64,000 nt of DNA from an uncultured Lentisphaerales bacterium. Lineage in GTDB: Bacteria > Verrucomicrobiota > Lentisphaeria > JABSQK01 > UBA12247. The notes under the pieces are model-generated. The model worked only from the letters and a program-made list of their open reading frames with translations. It did not search any database and had not been told where the DNA came from. Shown piece by piece: positions 1-10,363 of this stretch. The position numbers and the translations under genes were made by a program. Position 1 is the stretch's first letter; the number at the start of each line of letters is the position of its first letter. The stretch covers positions 32,001 through 96,000 of the forward strand of contig CALSSJ010000031.1 in the NCBI GenBank assembly GCA_943788985.1, in the 5' to 3' direction.

Positions 1-913
1 AGAGCTCAAGCGGCAACTCGCGTTCCGGCGCCTTCAGAGCCGGAGAGATGAAGTTGCCACTCTCCGCGTTCGCCAGAATTTCGTAGATATCGTCCCCGGT
101 GAATGGCGTCGAGCAAGTCGCGAGCGCATACAAAGTCGCTCCCAGAAGAAAAATATCACTGCGCTCATCCAACTGCTCCGAAAGCCCCTTGGCCTGCTCG
201 GGAGACATGAATGCCGGCGTGCCCTTCACCACCCCATAGCGCGTTTTTGCCACATCCTCCGGATCGGTCTCCTCGCCCGCCTCAAAGCCTTCCTCTGCCT
301 CGGTCTCTTTGGCCAGCCCCCAGTCCATCAACAGCACTTCGCCAAAGGCGCCGACCATGATGTTGTCCGGCTTGATATCACGGTGCAAAACCCGGTGCGA
401 ATGCGCAAACGCTACGGCATCACAGACCTTGCGAAAAATCGTCAGCAGGCGGAATCGCGTGTATTGATCGTAGGCAGGATCCTCATCCCTGACTCCCTTG
501 CAGATCTCTCCCAGCGAAACCCCGGACACATATTTCATGGAGAAGTAGAGCTTATCGTTGGCCATCACGCCCATGTCGTGGACGGGTACGATATTCGGAT
601 GCTCAAGCTTTCCGGTAATCTGTGCCTCGGCCACGAAACGCTCGAACAAAACGCTGTCCTCGGCTACGTGCGGCAGGATTACCTTCGTCACCAGTTCGCG
701 CTTCAAGCAGCGGTCGTAGACGCGGTAGATCTCTCCCATTCCACCTTCCGCCAGCTTTTCCTGAACGTCGTATTTCTTGTCGTCTTGGTTTCTGGCGCGC
801 AGTTTTGCAAAATATTTATGCCGAGCCCCCAGCCCAAGGCGAATGCCGCCTGTATGCAGGTCTTCTGTATCCTGCTGTTCGGAACAGGAGGATACGCGGG
901 GGTCGTCTGTCAT
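1..913 (-). CDS. Ser/Thr protein kinase (Hanks-type), runs off the left edge of the window
   Basis: Manual minus-strand translation from ATG at 913 gives LAEGGMGEIY (Gly loop), LEHPNIVPVHD, HRDIKPDN, LMDWGLAK and GTPAFMSPEQ. Not in the ORF track because its stop lies outside the window. Confidence 0.93.
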   Translation of the reverse strand, partial: MTDDPRVSSCSEQQDTEDLHTGGIRLGLGARHKYFAKLRARNQDDKKYDVQEKLAEGGMGEIYRVYDRCLKRELVTKVILPHVAEDSVLFERFVAEAQITGKLEHPNIVPVHDMGVMANDKLYFSMKYVSGVSLGEICKGVRDEDPAYDQYTRFRLLTIFRKVCDAVAFAHSHRVLHRDIKPDNIMVGAFGEVLLMDWGLAKETEAEEGFEAGEETDPEDVAKTRYGVVKGTPAFMSPEQAKGLSEQLDERSDIFLLGATLYALATCSTPFTGDDIYEILANAESGNFISPALKAPERELPLEL

Positions 914-934
914 GGAATCCTCACGCTAGATGGG

Positions 935-1888
935 TCATTCGATTATAGTAACGGGCGTACCAATGGTCACGAAGTCAAACAATTCCTCAACATCTTCATT
1001 GCGCATCCGCACGCATCCCAGGCTGGCGGCATTGCCAATACTCTCCGGTTCCCACGTGCCATGAATGCCAAATCCCTTCAACGTCGGATCCGTATCGCCC
1101 GTGGGCCTCATTCCCATCCACCGCGTACCAAGGACGTTTTCCTTTTCGCCGAATGGAATGATCCGGCCTCCACCAGGATACCAGACAGGTTCTATCTGCT
1201 TGTCCTTGATCATAAAGGTGCCCACCGGGGTGCGGTCCTGACGTCCCGTCGCGATATCGTACACTTTCACGATACGCTCCCCGTCGAATAGGACGAGGAC
1301 AAACGCGCTCTTGCTGACCTCAATCCGCCAGTGCCCCTCGTAAATCTTGAACACCTGATCCGGGTAGATGGTCGGTCGGGTCCGCTCCAGGCCGTTAGAG
1401 ATCTGCAGCATTGCTACGGTCACGTTGTACTGCTGCGCGATTCCGCTCAGGCTCTGACCCGAGCCAACTACGTGTCGCACTTTCTCCGGAAATGGGACAT
1501 CTGTCATCACGATGGTACTCATGATCGTATCTGCGAGGTCGGCAGCCTTGCGCCATGGCCCGGTGTATCGCACCATCGTATCATCCAACAATACATTCTC
1601 AGACAAACGCAGTGCCGAGACCAAGTCACCTTCGTCTAAATGTTGTCGCGCCAGCGCAAGCTTCATTGTCATCTCACCAGAAATCTCGACAGGTGGCGGC
1701 AAGGCCGCAGCAACGCCCTCAATCACTGTGGTCGGAGCTGCCTCGACGCCCAACTCTTCCACAGGTTCAACCACTACACTGCTGATGCTAGTGACCGCGT
1801 CGCGGATGGTATCTCGGAACATGAAAACACCGCCCCCGATGACTCCAATCAGAAGGATTCCAACCACAGCTTTGGCAAAGGGTGTCAT
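935..1888 (-). CDS. LysM-containing L,D-transpeptidase (YkuD family) with N-terminal membrane anchor
   Basis: TM helix, LysM (HVVGSGQSLSGIAQQYNVTVAMLQISNGL) and YkuD motif GIHGT...ASLGCVRM. Start placed at MTPFAK. Confidence 0.9.
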   Translation of the reverse strand: MTPFAKAVVGILLIGVIGGGVFMFRDTIRDAVTSISSVVVEPVEELGVEAAPTTVIEGVAAALPPPVEISGEMTMKLALARQHLDEGDLVSALRLSENVLLDDTMVRYTGPWRKAADLADTIMSTIVMTDVPFPEKVRHVVGSGQSLSGIAQQYNVTVAMLQISNGLERTRPTIYPDQVFKIYEGHWRIEVSKSAFVLVLFDGERIVKVYDIATGRQDRTPVGTFMIKDKQIEPVWYPGGGRIIPFGEKENVLGTRWMGMRPTGDTDPTLKGFGIHGTWEPESIGNAASLGCVRMRNEDVEELFDFVTIGTPVTIIE

Positions 1889-2006
1889 GCGAACTCCTGG
1901 CAACGGGTGTGCAGCTTTAACTCGGGGCTGTCGCGCCCATCTACAGCAAGGCCACACCGTAACGTGATTGGCCCTCGAATGCAACTGCGGAAACCATTCA
2001 CGAGGC

Positions 2007-2660
2007 TCATAAAAAGTCCCACACCGGCCAGTCGTTCGCCAGCGCAGCATCCCGCAGGGCCGGAGAAGGGTTCACCGCCACCGGATGCCCGATCTGCTCG
2101 AGGATCGCGATATCCGCCGTACTGTCCCCGTAATACCAAGCATGTTCCCGCGTCGTACGGCGCTCCTCGCAGTAGGCATCCACATACTCCAGCTTGCCCT
2201 GCCCTACGCAATACGTCCCGTCTACACCGCCGGTAAATCGCCCCGCTTCGTCACGTGCCAGCTCAGTCGCCAACAAATCAATCTCGAGGTATTCCGCGAC
2301 CGGCGTGGCGATCACGCGATTCGTCGCCGTCAACAAGCACACAGTCAGGCCATCAGCCCGCTGCGCAGCGATCCGGCGCTCTGCCTCCATGTACAACTGT
2401 GGTTTTGCGATCTCCGCAAAATGCTCGCGCGACCAGGCCAGCATCTCATCCCAAGTCTTGCCGCTAAAGTCCCGCAACTGAAATGCGTTGAATAGCTCAA
2501 CGCGCAGCACACCCTGCTCGTACTCCTCGTAAAACGCGGCCGCCTCATCCAAGTCACCCACCGGCGCATAGCCGCGACTGACCAGAAAGGTCTTCCAAGA
2601 GACGTCACAATCATTATTCAGGACCGTATGGTCCATATCCCAAAAATGAATCTCGCTCAT
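2007..2660 (-). CDS. HAD-IB family hydrolase (SerB-like)
   Basis: Motif I WDMDHT, LLTAT, YYGDSTAD and AVNPSPAL. Start overlaps the upstream stop. Confidence 0.88.
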   Translation of the reverse strand: MSEIHFWDMDHTVLNNDCDVSWKTFLVSRGYAPVGDLDEAAAFYEEYEQGVLRVELFNAFQLRDFSGKTWDEMLAWSREHFAEIAKPQLYMEAERRIAAQRADGLTVCLLTATNRVIATPVAEYLEIDLLATELARDEAGRFTGGVDGTYCVGQGKLEYVDAYCEERRTTREHAWYYGDSTADIAILEQIGHPVAVNPSPALRDAALANDWPVWDFL

Positions 2661-3232
2661 CCGCGCTCGACCACTGCGCCGGAAATGGTGTACGACTTGC
2701 CGCATTCGCAGCGACTTGCCCCGTTTACGAACTCCGGAATTTTGAGCCCGCACTCGCACATCCAGCCCGTGTGACGCCCGGGCACTCCCATCATCAGCGC
2801 ATAGTCTGGCACATCACGCGTAATCACCGAGCCAGCCCCGATAAAGGCAAAGCGCCCAATCGTGATGCCACAGACGATCGTGCAGTTGGCGCCGAGCGTC
2901 GCGCCCTGCCGCACCAGCGTCTGCCGCAACTCGTCCATGCGTGGCACGGCGCTGCGCGGATTAAAGACGTTCGTGAACACCATCGACGGGCCGCAGAAAA
3001 CGTCGTTTTCAAGATGCACGCCTTCGTACACGGAGACGTTGTTCTGGATCTTGCAGCGATCTCCGACAACCGCGCGAGGTCCGATCACCACATTCTGCCC
3101 AATCCGGCAGTCGATCCCAATCTCCGTCCCAGGCATGACGTGCGAGACGTGCCAGATCGTGGTCCCGTCACCAATCGTCACCCCGTCATCAATGAACGCT
3201 GATTCGTGCGCAAAATAGCTATTCGTTCCCAC
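2657..3232 (-). CDS. Hexapeptide-repeat sugar N-acetyltransferase (WbpD/WlbB-like)
   Basis: Left-handed beta-helix repeats, KIQNNVSVYEGV, FCGPSMVFTNVFNPRS and a C-terminal CECG...CECG. Confidence 0.9.
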   Translation of the reverse strand: MGTNSYFAHESAFIDDGVTIGDGTTIWHVSHVMPGTEIGIDCRIGQNVVIGPRAVVGDRCKIQNNVSVYEGVHLENDVFCGPSMVFTNVFNPRSAVPRMDELRQTLVRQGATLGANCTIVCGITIGRFAFIGAGSVITRDVPDYALMMGVPGRHTGWMCECGLKIPEFVNGASRCECGKSYTISGAVVERG

Positions 3233-3608
3233 AAGTGCTCTCCTCGTGCGGCTCTCTGTTTGGTGCCAGGCGCATGCTCAGTTTGATCGCCGGGCACTCC
3301 TTTTCAAACCCATCGAAGCGCCACTGATTCGGAAACCCATGGCACTGGGCCGGTTTGGCCTCTTGAATGCGGCACCGATTCGGCTCTTCAAAAAACTCGC
3401 AGGCCCCATCCGCACCGTCGCGTAACGAGAGGCCCCGGCGATCCGGGGACAGCTCCGTGTGCTCGTCGATAAAGTCTTGCTCTGCCAACTCCAGAAATCC
3501 CGCGGCTCGTGTGACATCCGCGTCAGTCAGCCGCACTTGCCCCGGCCAACGGCAGCAATTTCCGCAACGCGTGCAAACCCACACTGTCTGTTCTTTAGGC
3601 AGCTGCAC
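3219..3608 (-). CDS. YkgJ-family CxxCxxCC cysteine-cluster protein
   Basis: CTRCGNCC, CEFF, CRIQEAKPAQCHGFP. Confidence 0.85.
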   Translation of the reverse strand: MQLPKEQTVWVCTRCGNCCRWPGQVRLTDADVTRAAGFLELAEQDFIDEHTELSPDRRGLSLRDGADGACEFFEEPNRCRIQEAKPAQCHGFPNQWRFDGFEKECPAIKLSMRLAPNREPHEESTCGNE

Positions 3609-3751
3609 CTAGATTTCCTCTCCTGTGTCGTCAGATGGGGGTAAACCTACACCGCAGCGACTGGAGCGCAGTGCCTCCCGGATTGTAATTGTAATTCCAT
3701 GCCATTCCGCTATGGTCCGACGCTCATGATTCTTGTTGACTGGAGTGTCCT

Positions 3752-4822
3752 ATGAAACGTTACCTACTTGTCTTGCTGGTGATCGCGGGAACCGCGCATG
3801 CCAAAATTCCTGGCGATAAGCAGCTCGCTTTCGCGGAATATCTCGCCGAACAGAATGAGCCTGATGCCGCGCTCATCGAGTACCATCGCTTCCTGTTCTT
3901 CTACCCCAATCATCCGAAAGCCGCGGATTCTCTCTATGAGATGTCTAGGCTGCTGTTGACGGTACGCAATGATATCCCCGCCGCACGCATGATCCTCGAA
4001 CGGCTGGTCGCAGACTTCCCGGGTGCCGAGGTCGGTGTCGCCGCCAAGACGTTCCTTGATTTCGTCAGTAGCCATTCAGACTTCAAAGGCGAGCCACTGT
4101 TTCGCTGGCTGACGGCCAAAACCCAGGCCACCAATGCCCAGTATGCCAAAGCCGCAGAGGGCTACAGGCTTGTCGCCCTTGATTTTCCCCGGGCAAAAAT
4201 CACGCACGACGCCCTGTACCGTCACGCCATGCTCCTGCTGGTGCACCTGAAAAAGTTCAACGATGCCGAGGTATCCTTCAGCACCATCGTCAATAATTTT
4301 CCGCGGAGCAAGTGGGCTCCTCACGCATACCTTGGCCTGGCGCGCGTCGTCGAGGCGACCGAAGGCCCCGGGAGCGAGGCCCTCAAATCCTACCGCGCTG
4401 TCATGGCTAGATTCCCAGGCACTCCGGTAGCCGAGGAAGCGCTCGCTCGTGCCACGGCGATCGAGAAGAGTCACAACGCGATCCCACGCCACTTCAAGGA
4501 TTCGGAGGCAGTGAAATACCGAATCGTTTCGACTAGGCCCGACGAAAAAAACTTCATCGTCTTCATCGAATTCGCTGGCTCCGGCACGCCAAATGCACGC
4601 CAGATTCAGGCCACCTTGGAACACGCACTTGCACGAACTGCTGGCCAGCGCCCCAAGAATCACCTCTCAGTCCGGGTCCGCGCCTATTTCCGGTACCCGT
4701 TCACCGAAGCCGGTTCCGTGGATTGGAAGCCCGGCCAGGGCGACCCGACCTACAACGTAATTCAGCGCAAAAATGAAGACGTTCTCAAGGACGCTCTGTT
4801 CGACCTACTCAAGTCACGCTGA
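3752..4822 (+). CDS. Secreted tetratricopeptide-repeat protein (BamD/CpoB-like repeats)
   Basis: Signal peptide and repeated F/YP-x-(S/H)-x-x-A helical motifs. Confidence 0.75.
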   Translation: MKRYLLVLLVIAGTAHAKIPGDKQLAFAEYLAEQNEPDAALIEYHRFLFFYPNHPKAADSLYEMSRLLLTVRNDIPAARMILERLVADFPGAEVGVAAKTFLDFVSSHSDFKGEPLFRWLTAKTQATNAQYAKAAEGYRLVALDFPRAKITHDALYRHAMLLLVHLKKFNDAEVSFSTIVNNFPRSKWAPHAYLGLARVVEATEGPGSEALKSYRAVMARFPGTPVAEEALARATAIEKSHNAIPRHFKDSEAVKYRIVSTRPDEKNFIVFIEFAGSGTPNARQIQATLEHALARTAGQRPKNHLSVRVRAYFRYPFTEAGSVDWKPGQGDPTYNVIQRKNEDVLKDALFDLLKSR

Positions 4823-4934
4823 TCGCTGCGGACTCGGCAGATCCCACCGGGCCGTCCGCCAGGCAGCGAGCAATGCGCACGGACACCCTATCACATTCTA
4901 CTGTTAGAAATCAACCAACGGACACGTTCTATTC

Positions 4935-6749
4935 ATGAGCACTCAGGAGAAAGACTCGCAGCTGTACCGGCTGCGCCACTCCCTAGCACACATGCTGGCG
5001 CAAGCTGTTTTACAGATCCGCCCCGATGCAAAAATGGGCTTTGGCCCGCCCGTCGAAAATGGCTTCTACTATGATTTCGACTTCGGCGATCAACCGATCG
5101 TCGAGACCGACCTGAAGGACCTGCAGAAGCGGATGCTGAAGATCGCCAAGCAGAAGCAGGAATTTGTCCAAGACACACGCTCGCTGGCCGACGCTGAGAC
5201 CTTCATGGCGGCCACCGACCAGTCCTATAAAATTGAGTACGCCCGAGAGCTCGTCGAGACCGGCAAGGCCAAAGACGGACTTGGTTTCTACACTAACGGT
5301 CCATTCACGGACATGTGCGAAGGCCCGCATCTCGAGCATACCGGGCAGGTCAAGAAGGGGTCCTTCAAGCTCGATTCCATCGCTGGCAGCTACTGGCGGG
5401 GCGACGAGAAGCGGCCCATGCTTACCCGGATCTACGGGCTGGCCTTCGAGTCTTCTGAGGACTTGAAAGACTACCAAGAACGGCGACGCCTCGCAGAGCA
5501 GCGCGAACATCGCAAACTTGGCGCACAGCTAGACATTTTCGTCTTGGACGACGAGATCGGATCCGGCCTTCCGCTCTGGCTGCCGAACGGCACAATCATT
5601 CGCGATGAGCTCGAGAAATGGGCCTGCGAGCAAGAGTTTCGCTACGGCTACCAGCGCGTCGCCACCCCTGCGATCACCAAGGCTGGACTCTATGAGCGCT
5701 CCGGGCATCTCCCGCTGTACGAGGAGGACATGTTCCCCCCCATGGTCTGCGACGATGATGAGAAATACTATCTCAAGCCCATGAACTGCCCTCACCATCA
5801 CAAGATCTACGCGGCGCGCCCTCGCAGCTACCGGGATCTGCCCCTGCGCCTCGCCGAGTACGGCTATAACTTCCGCTATGAGCGACGTGGCTCGCTAGCC
5901 GGACTGCTTCGTGTGCGAGCCATGTGCATGAACGATGCCCACATCTACTGCCAGCCAGACCAGATCGAAGACGAGTTTCGCGCTGTGATCAAGATGTACC
6001 GCGAGTACTACGATCATCTTCGCCTCGGTGACTTTCGCTGCCGGCTTTCCCTTCATGACCCGGACTCAGACAAGTTCATGGGCAAGAAGGAAGACTGGGA
6101 GCACACGGAGGCCATTGTCCGCAAGATCTTGGTCGAAGCAGACATCGAGTTCGAAGAAGAGCGCGGCCAGGCCGCCTTCTATGGCCCGAAGATGGACATT
6201 CAGGTCAAGAACATCCTCGGCCGTGAGGAGACCCTCTCTACCTGTCAGTTGGACTTTGTCGTCCCCGAACGATTCGGCCTCACCTACACCGCCCAAGATG
6301 GCAGTGAATGCGAGCCATACATCGTCCATCGGGCACCACTGAGCACGCACGAACGCCTGATTTCATTCCTCATTGAGTTCTACGGCGGTGCCTTTCCAAC
6401 TTGGATGGCCCCGAATCAGGTCTGCGTGATTCCGGTAAGTGTCGAGCAATTCGGTGACTACGCCCACGGGATCCGCGAGACTCTCACTCACAAGCTCCTT
6501 CGTTGCAACGTAGATGACAGCTCGGATTCGCTGAACAAGCGCATCCGCCGGGCGGTCACCAGCAAGGTGCCGAACATCTGGATCGTGGGTGGTGAGGAAG
6601 TCGAGAACAACACCATCACTTGGCGACGATACGCAGTTCGCGAGCAGCTCACCGTTTCCCGTGACATCGCCATCGATGCCCTCGGGGCGATGGTTCAACA
6701 GCGCTTGATGGATAACTTCGAGGACGTGGCCCTGCCGCTCCCAGAATGA
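4935..6749 (+). CDS. thrS: Threonine--tRNA ligase
   Basis: RHSLAHMLAQAV, GFYYDF, DMCEGPH, YLKPMNCPHH, AAFYGPK and HRAPLSTHER. Confidence 0.98.
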   Translation: MSTQEKDSQLYRLRHSLAHMLAQAVLQIRPDAKMGFGPPVENGFYYDFDFGDQPIVETDLKDLQKRMLKIAKQKQEFVQDTRSLADAETFMAATDQSYKIEYARELVETGKAKDGLGFYTNGPFTDMCEGPHLEHTGQVKKGSFKLDSIAGSYWRGDEKRPMLTRIYGLAFESSEDLKDYQERRRLAEQREHRKLGAQLDIFVLDDEIGSGLPLWLPNGTIIRDELEKWACEQEFRYGYQRVATPAITKAGLYERSGHLPLYEEDMFPPMVCDDDEKYYLKPMNCPHHHKIYAARPRSYRDLPLRLAEYGYNFRYERRGSLAGLLRVRAMCMNDAHIYCQPDQIEDEFRAVIKMYREYYDHLRLGDFRCRLSLHDPDSDKFMGKKEDWEHTEAIVRKILVEADIEFEEERGQAAFYGPKMDIQVKNILGREETLSTCQLDFVVPERFGLTYTAQDGSECEPYIVHRAPLSTHERLISFLIEFYGGAFPTWMAPNQVCVIPVSVEQFGDYAHGIRETLTHKLLRCNVDDSSDSLNKRIRRAVTSKVPNIWIVGGEEVENNTITWRRYAVREQLTVSRDIAIDALGAMVQQRLMDNFEDVALPLPE

Positions 6750-7300
6750 CACCAATCACGCTTACTATCGTAAGTCTGGCAGGCGCAATCCTGCTGGGCT
6801 TTCTCGGAGGCTGGCTGCTGGGCAGGCACGTTGGGCCACGCAAACCCATGTGGTTTGCCATCTCCACAATCCTACTCGTGCTGGGTGCCGGCCTTGTCTA
6901 CGTCAACAGCGGTCTGATTCTGGACGGCTTCGCCCGCAAGTCTTGGCCACATGTCGACGGCCTCGCAGTCACCGTCGAGGTTCAGGACACCTCCCCGCAT
7001 GTGGTCTACGAATACCACGTAGAAGACGTGCGCTACGAAGGAACAAGCGATCTCCAGACGCCACACTTTGGCTTTCGCACGAACCAGCGGGATACCGCCC
7101 AGAAAGTTGCCGCGCAAGTGCGGGAAGCCGATGCGCTCCGCGTGTTCTACGACCCAGATCAACCAGCGACCTCCTACCTGATTCCCGGCCCCCGCTACCA
7201 TGATTTTCTGCGCTACTCAGTGGGTGCATTGATCCTTGTGGTCGCTGGCCTTATTCTCGCGCGCCAGCTGCGCCGCGATGGTTCAGCTGGCCAAGGCTGA
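6746..7300 (+). CDS. DUF3592-like membrane protein
   Basis: TM segments, SWPHVDG...YEYHVEDVRYEG and VFYDPDQPATSYL. Confidence 0.7.
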   Translation: MTPITLTIVSLAGAILLGFLGGWLLGRHVGPRKPMWFAISTILLVLGAGLVYVNSGLILDGFARKSWPHVDGLAVTVEVQDTSPHVVYEYHVEDVRYEGTSDLQTPHFGFRTNQRDTAQKVAAQVREADALRVFYDPDQPATSYLIPGPRYHDFLRYSVGALILVVAGLILARQLRRDGSAGQG

Positions 7301-7342
7301 ATCCGCAGGTTATTAGCCGCCGTTCCGCGGTTATCCCTGCGC

Positions 7343-8776
7343 ATGCAGACTGAAGAGACATCCGCCGACTGGCAAAGGTATTTGGGGCCACGTGGCATCC
7401 CCCAAGCGCTGTGTACACTCTCGAATGGACAGGCCTGGCTTTTGCTCCTCTTCCTGGCTGGGCTGGCCGCCTGCCTCTTCCTGAACTGGCGCGACACGCT
7501 GATCTACGGAAACGCCGTAATTACCGCCTTTTTCCTGATCGCCACTCTCTATCGCTTTCACCTGCTCGACCTTTCTTTGCGGCGCAAGCGCGAGATTGTG
7601 CTCGAAACTGGTGAACTGGTCGAACCGGAGGGGGGCTGGCCGCACTACGTCGTCCAAGTCCCGCTCTATCACGAGCCCCATGCGCTGCGGCGCATCGTCC
7701 GCGCCCTGACCAAACTCGATTACCCGACCGATCGGCTGACGATCCAGCTACTGATCGAGGACGATGATGAAGACACCAAAGGCGCCTTCGAGGGAGTTAC
7801 CCTCGCCAGCCAGTTCAAGATCGTCCGCATCCCCGTTTGCGAACCTCGCACCAAGCCAAAGGCCTGCAATGTCGGTCTAGCGGAAGCTGAAGGCGAGTTC
7901 CTCGTTATCTTTGACGCCGAGGATCGCCCAGATCCTGATCAACTCAAAAAGGCGGTAATCGCCTTTGGCCAGTCGTCCGAGAAGACCGGCTGCATCCAAG
8001 CCAAGCTCAGCTTCTACAACAGCCGCCAAAACTTGCTCACGCGGCTCTTTACTGCGGACTACGCACTGTGGTTCAACCTCTGCCTCCCCGCCTTGGACTA
8101 CCGCAACGCTCCCGTCCCACTCGGCGGCACCTCGAATCACTTCCGACTCGACATCCTGAAGGAGATGCAAGGCTGGGACGAGTACAATGTCACCGAGGAC
8201 TGTGACCTCGGCATTCGCCTCGCAATCGCAGGCTGGCAGACGCGAATCATGGATTCCACAACCTGGGAAGAAGCCTGTCCGCGATTCGGCGCCTGGACTC
8301 GCCAACGCTCTCGCTGGGTAAAAGGCTACCTCCAGACCTATCTCGTGCACATGCGCTCTCCGCTACACATGACACGCAAGCTCGGCCTGGGCCGCAGCCT
8401 ACACGTCCATCTGCTAATCGGCGGTTCAGTACTCACCCAGTTGCTCAGCCTCGTCTACTGGATCATGGTGCTGGCCTGGCTGATCGCCCATGCCCCTAAC
8501 GGCCTCGATCCCGCCTGGCTCGCCACCTACTTTCCCGGTCCCGTCTTCGCCATGGGCGCCTTCTGCCTGTTCGTCGGAAACTTCCTCTTCGCCTACTACT
8601 GTGGCATCGCCTGCGTCGTGCGTGGCATGGGCCACATCGTGCCTGCCTGCTGGTTGATGCCCCTCTACTGGATGGTGATGTCATACGCAGCCTGGAAAGG
8701 CGCCCTGCAACTCATCTGGCGCCCCCATTACTGGGAGAAAACCATGCATTTCGACACCGGAGAGAACGCCCCGTGA
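7343..8776 (+). CDS. Membrane glycosyltransferase family 2 (cellulose-synthase-like)
   Basis: VPLYHE, PRTKPKACN, FDAED, VTEDCDLG and QRSRWVKG (D,D,D,QxxRW), with flanking TM helices. Confidence 0.93.
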   Translation: MQTEETSADWQRYLGPRGIPQALCTLSNGQAWLLLLFLAGLAACLFLNWRDTLIYGNAVITAFFLIATLYRFHLLDLSLRRKREIVLETGELVEPEGGWPHYVVQVPLYHEPHALRRIVRALTKLDYPTDRLTIQLLIEDDDEDTKGAFEGVTLASQFKIVRIPVCEPRTKPKACNVGLAEAEGEFLVIFDAEDRPDPDQLKKAVIAFGQSSEKTGCIQAKLSFYNSRQNLLTRLFTADYALWFNLCLPALDYRNAPVPLGGTSNHFRLDILKEMQGWDEYNVTEDCDLGIRLAIAGWQTRIMDSTTWEEACPRFGAWTRQRSRWVKGYLQTYLVHMRSPLHMTRKLGLGRSLHVHLLIGGSVLTQLLSLVYWIMVLAWLIAHAPNGLDPAWLATYFPGPVFAMGAFCLFVGNFLFAYYCGIACVVRGMGHIVPACWLMPLYWMVMSYAAWKGALQLIWRPHYWEKTMHFDTGENAP

Positions 8777-9102
8777 ATATCCGAATCCTGATCCTATTCC
8801 TGCTCCTTATCCCTGCGCTATCCTGGGGGCAAACAGAAGCCAAAGAAAAACCCTTCCGGCTCGAGCGCAAAACAGACGGGAAGCTGTTTCTAAAATGCGA
8901 GCTCCTGCTCCTAGAGGACGAAGCGGTGATTGTTCGCTTCGAGCGCTCCAAGTTTGCGAAGATCGCACTCGCCAACCTGAGCGATGCATCACTCAAGCAG
9001 CTCGATCTCGATCCTGCGGACTTCGCAGAAGAGCCCATCGCGGACGGCGTAAAAAAGAAGAAGAATGGGAAAAACAAGAAGAACAGAAATCCGCCCAAAT
9101 GA
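8773..9102 (+). CDS. Small secreted protein, SHD1-like domain possible
   Basis: Signal peptide. The IALANLSDAS pattern resembles SHD1. Overlaps both neighbours by 4 bp. Confidence 0.6.
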   Translation: MNIRILILFLLLIPALSWGQTEAKEKPFRLERKTDGKLFLKCELLLLEDEAVIVRFERSKFAKIALANLSDASLKQLDLDPADFAEEPIADGVKKKKNGKNKKNRNPPK

Positions 9103-10067
9103 ATGCGGAACAGCCGCCGGAATCGGGACGCTGGCGGCGGTCCCCGATCTGGCGCGCCATCGCCGCCATTCTCATCTGCTGGGGAGCAGTGAGCGCAGCC
9201 AGAACCGCCGCGCGCTACCTTCCGACACGGACCAAGCACACCATTCGCCGTTACATCCCCGACTATCTCTTGAGCCCACAAGCCCTCTCCTTCTCCGTCC
9301 TGCCCGGTCCGGCCAGAGATCTGGTCACGCCCGCCCCCACCGGTCCGGCCATTCACCTGCTCCCCACGCACTCAGACGAACTCCAACGCTGGGCTGATGT
9401 TGCTGGCAACTACTACTCAGCCAGCTTCCGCACCGCCTTTTCCTACGATAATTCGAACGTCTCCATCGTCTTTAACCAAGGCCAACAAGCCACGCTTGCC
9501 GGTCAGCTCAACGCTACCGGGCTCAAGCCCAATTTCGTCTATCAGATCAAGCTCCTCGGCGACTTCACGCGCGATCCCGAGAACGCCGAGCGCATCGGAA
9601 AAATTGGTCGCTGGCGCCTCCCCGGCGAGGGCACAAACTACACCGACACCGACTTTGCGGAGTTCGCAGACAAGCACTTGGTCGAGGCCTATGTCTTCTT
9701 CGACTTCTTCATCACGGATGCTCAAGGCAATGCCCAGCGCTCCTTTGCCCTAGACCACAGCCTCCACGTCCTCTGGAACCGAGATCGCCAGATCTCAGAC
9801 ATCCCGCTCACGCACTGCGTCGCGCACACTGTCGACGCCACCAATCCACAGGTTTATGCAGTTCCGAAGCAGGACGCCACCACCGAGTACATCTTCGCCG
9901 AACGCGAAGCCGTCCGCTACCAAGCAGACGTCCCGGTCCAGCTCCCCGTCGGGAACTATCAGGCCTTCCTCAATCTCACCGAAGAGAGCTTCCACTCCAG
10001 CGATCGCGACGGCGGCTTCTGGGCCACCGTCTTTTCTCAGCCGATCGAGTTCACGATCGCTCGATGA
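9099..10067 (+). CDS. Hypothetical protein with N-terminal membrane anchor
   Basis: Long ORF with host-like codon usage. ATG at 9099 overlaps the upstream stop, and its stop overlaps the next ATG. Confidence 0.7.
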   Translation: MNAEQPPESGRWRRSPIWRAIAAILICWGAVSAARTAARYLPTRTKHTIRRYIPDYLLSPQALSFSVLPGPARDLVTPAPTGPAIHLLPTHSDELQRWADVAGNYYSASFRTAFSYDNSNVSIVFNQGQQATLAGQLNATGLKPNFVYQIKLLGDFTRDPENAERIGKIGRWRLPGEGTNYTDTDFAEFADKHLVEAYVFFDFFITDAQGNAQRSFALDHSLHVLWNRDRQISDIPLTHCVAHTVDATNPQVYAVPKQDATTEYIFAEREAVRYQADVPVQLPVGNYQAFLNLTEESFHSSDRDGGFWATVFSQPIEFTIAR

Positions 10068-10363
10068 CGCCCGGCACCTCCCCCTTCCGGTTCGGCCTGT
10101 GCTGTAAATTTGAGCAAGACCCGAGCATTCGCTTTCGCACCACGACTGCGCGCTACCTGTCGAAGCTCGGACGCGAAGCTGGCTTACAACATCGCGAGGC
10201 GCTGGTCAAACACAATGCCCAAACGCTCCTGCGGGCAATTCGCGCCTGCCAAGGTTTGGGAATCGGCGCCTTTCGCGTTCCCAGCGGAATCATCCCCCTC
10301 GCCACGCATCCAGACTGGAGGTTCCAACTGGAGCGGCTCACGGACGACGCTGTCCTTGCCCCG
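10064..10363 (+). pseudogene. uvsE: UV-damage endonuclease (UvsE/UVDE), N-terminal third only
   Basis: RFGLCCKF...IRFRTTTA...HNAQTL...GIGAFRV...PLATHP. The reading frame runs into the intron 3' end at 10364 and no C-terminal part is found. Confidence 0.8.

Noticed and set aside
383..1291. 302-aa plus-strand ORF
   Set aside because: It is the antisense shadow of the kinase and L,D-transpeptidase genes and has no motifs.
4823..4934. T-box or leader upstream of thrS
   Set aside because: The region is too short and has no T-box consensus or terminator.
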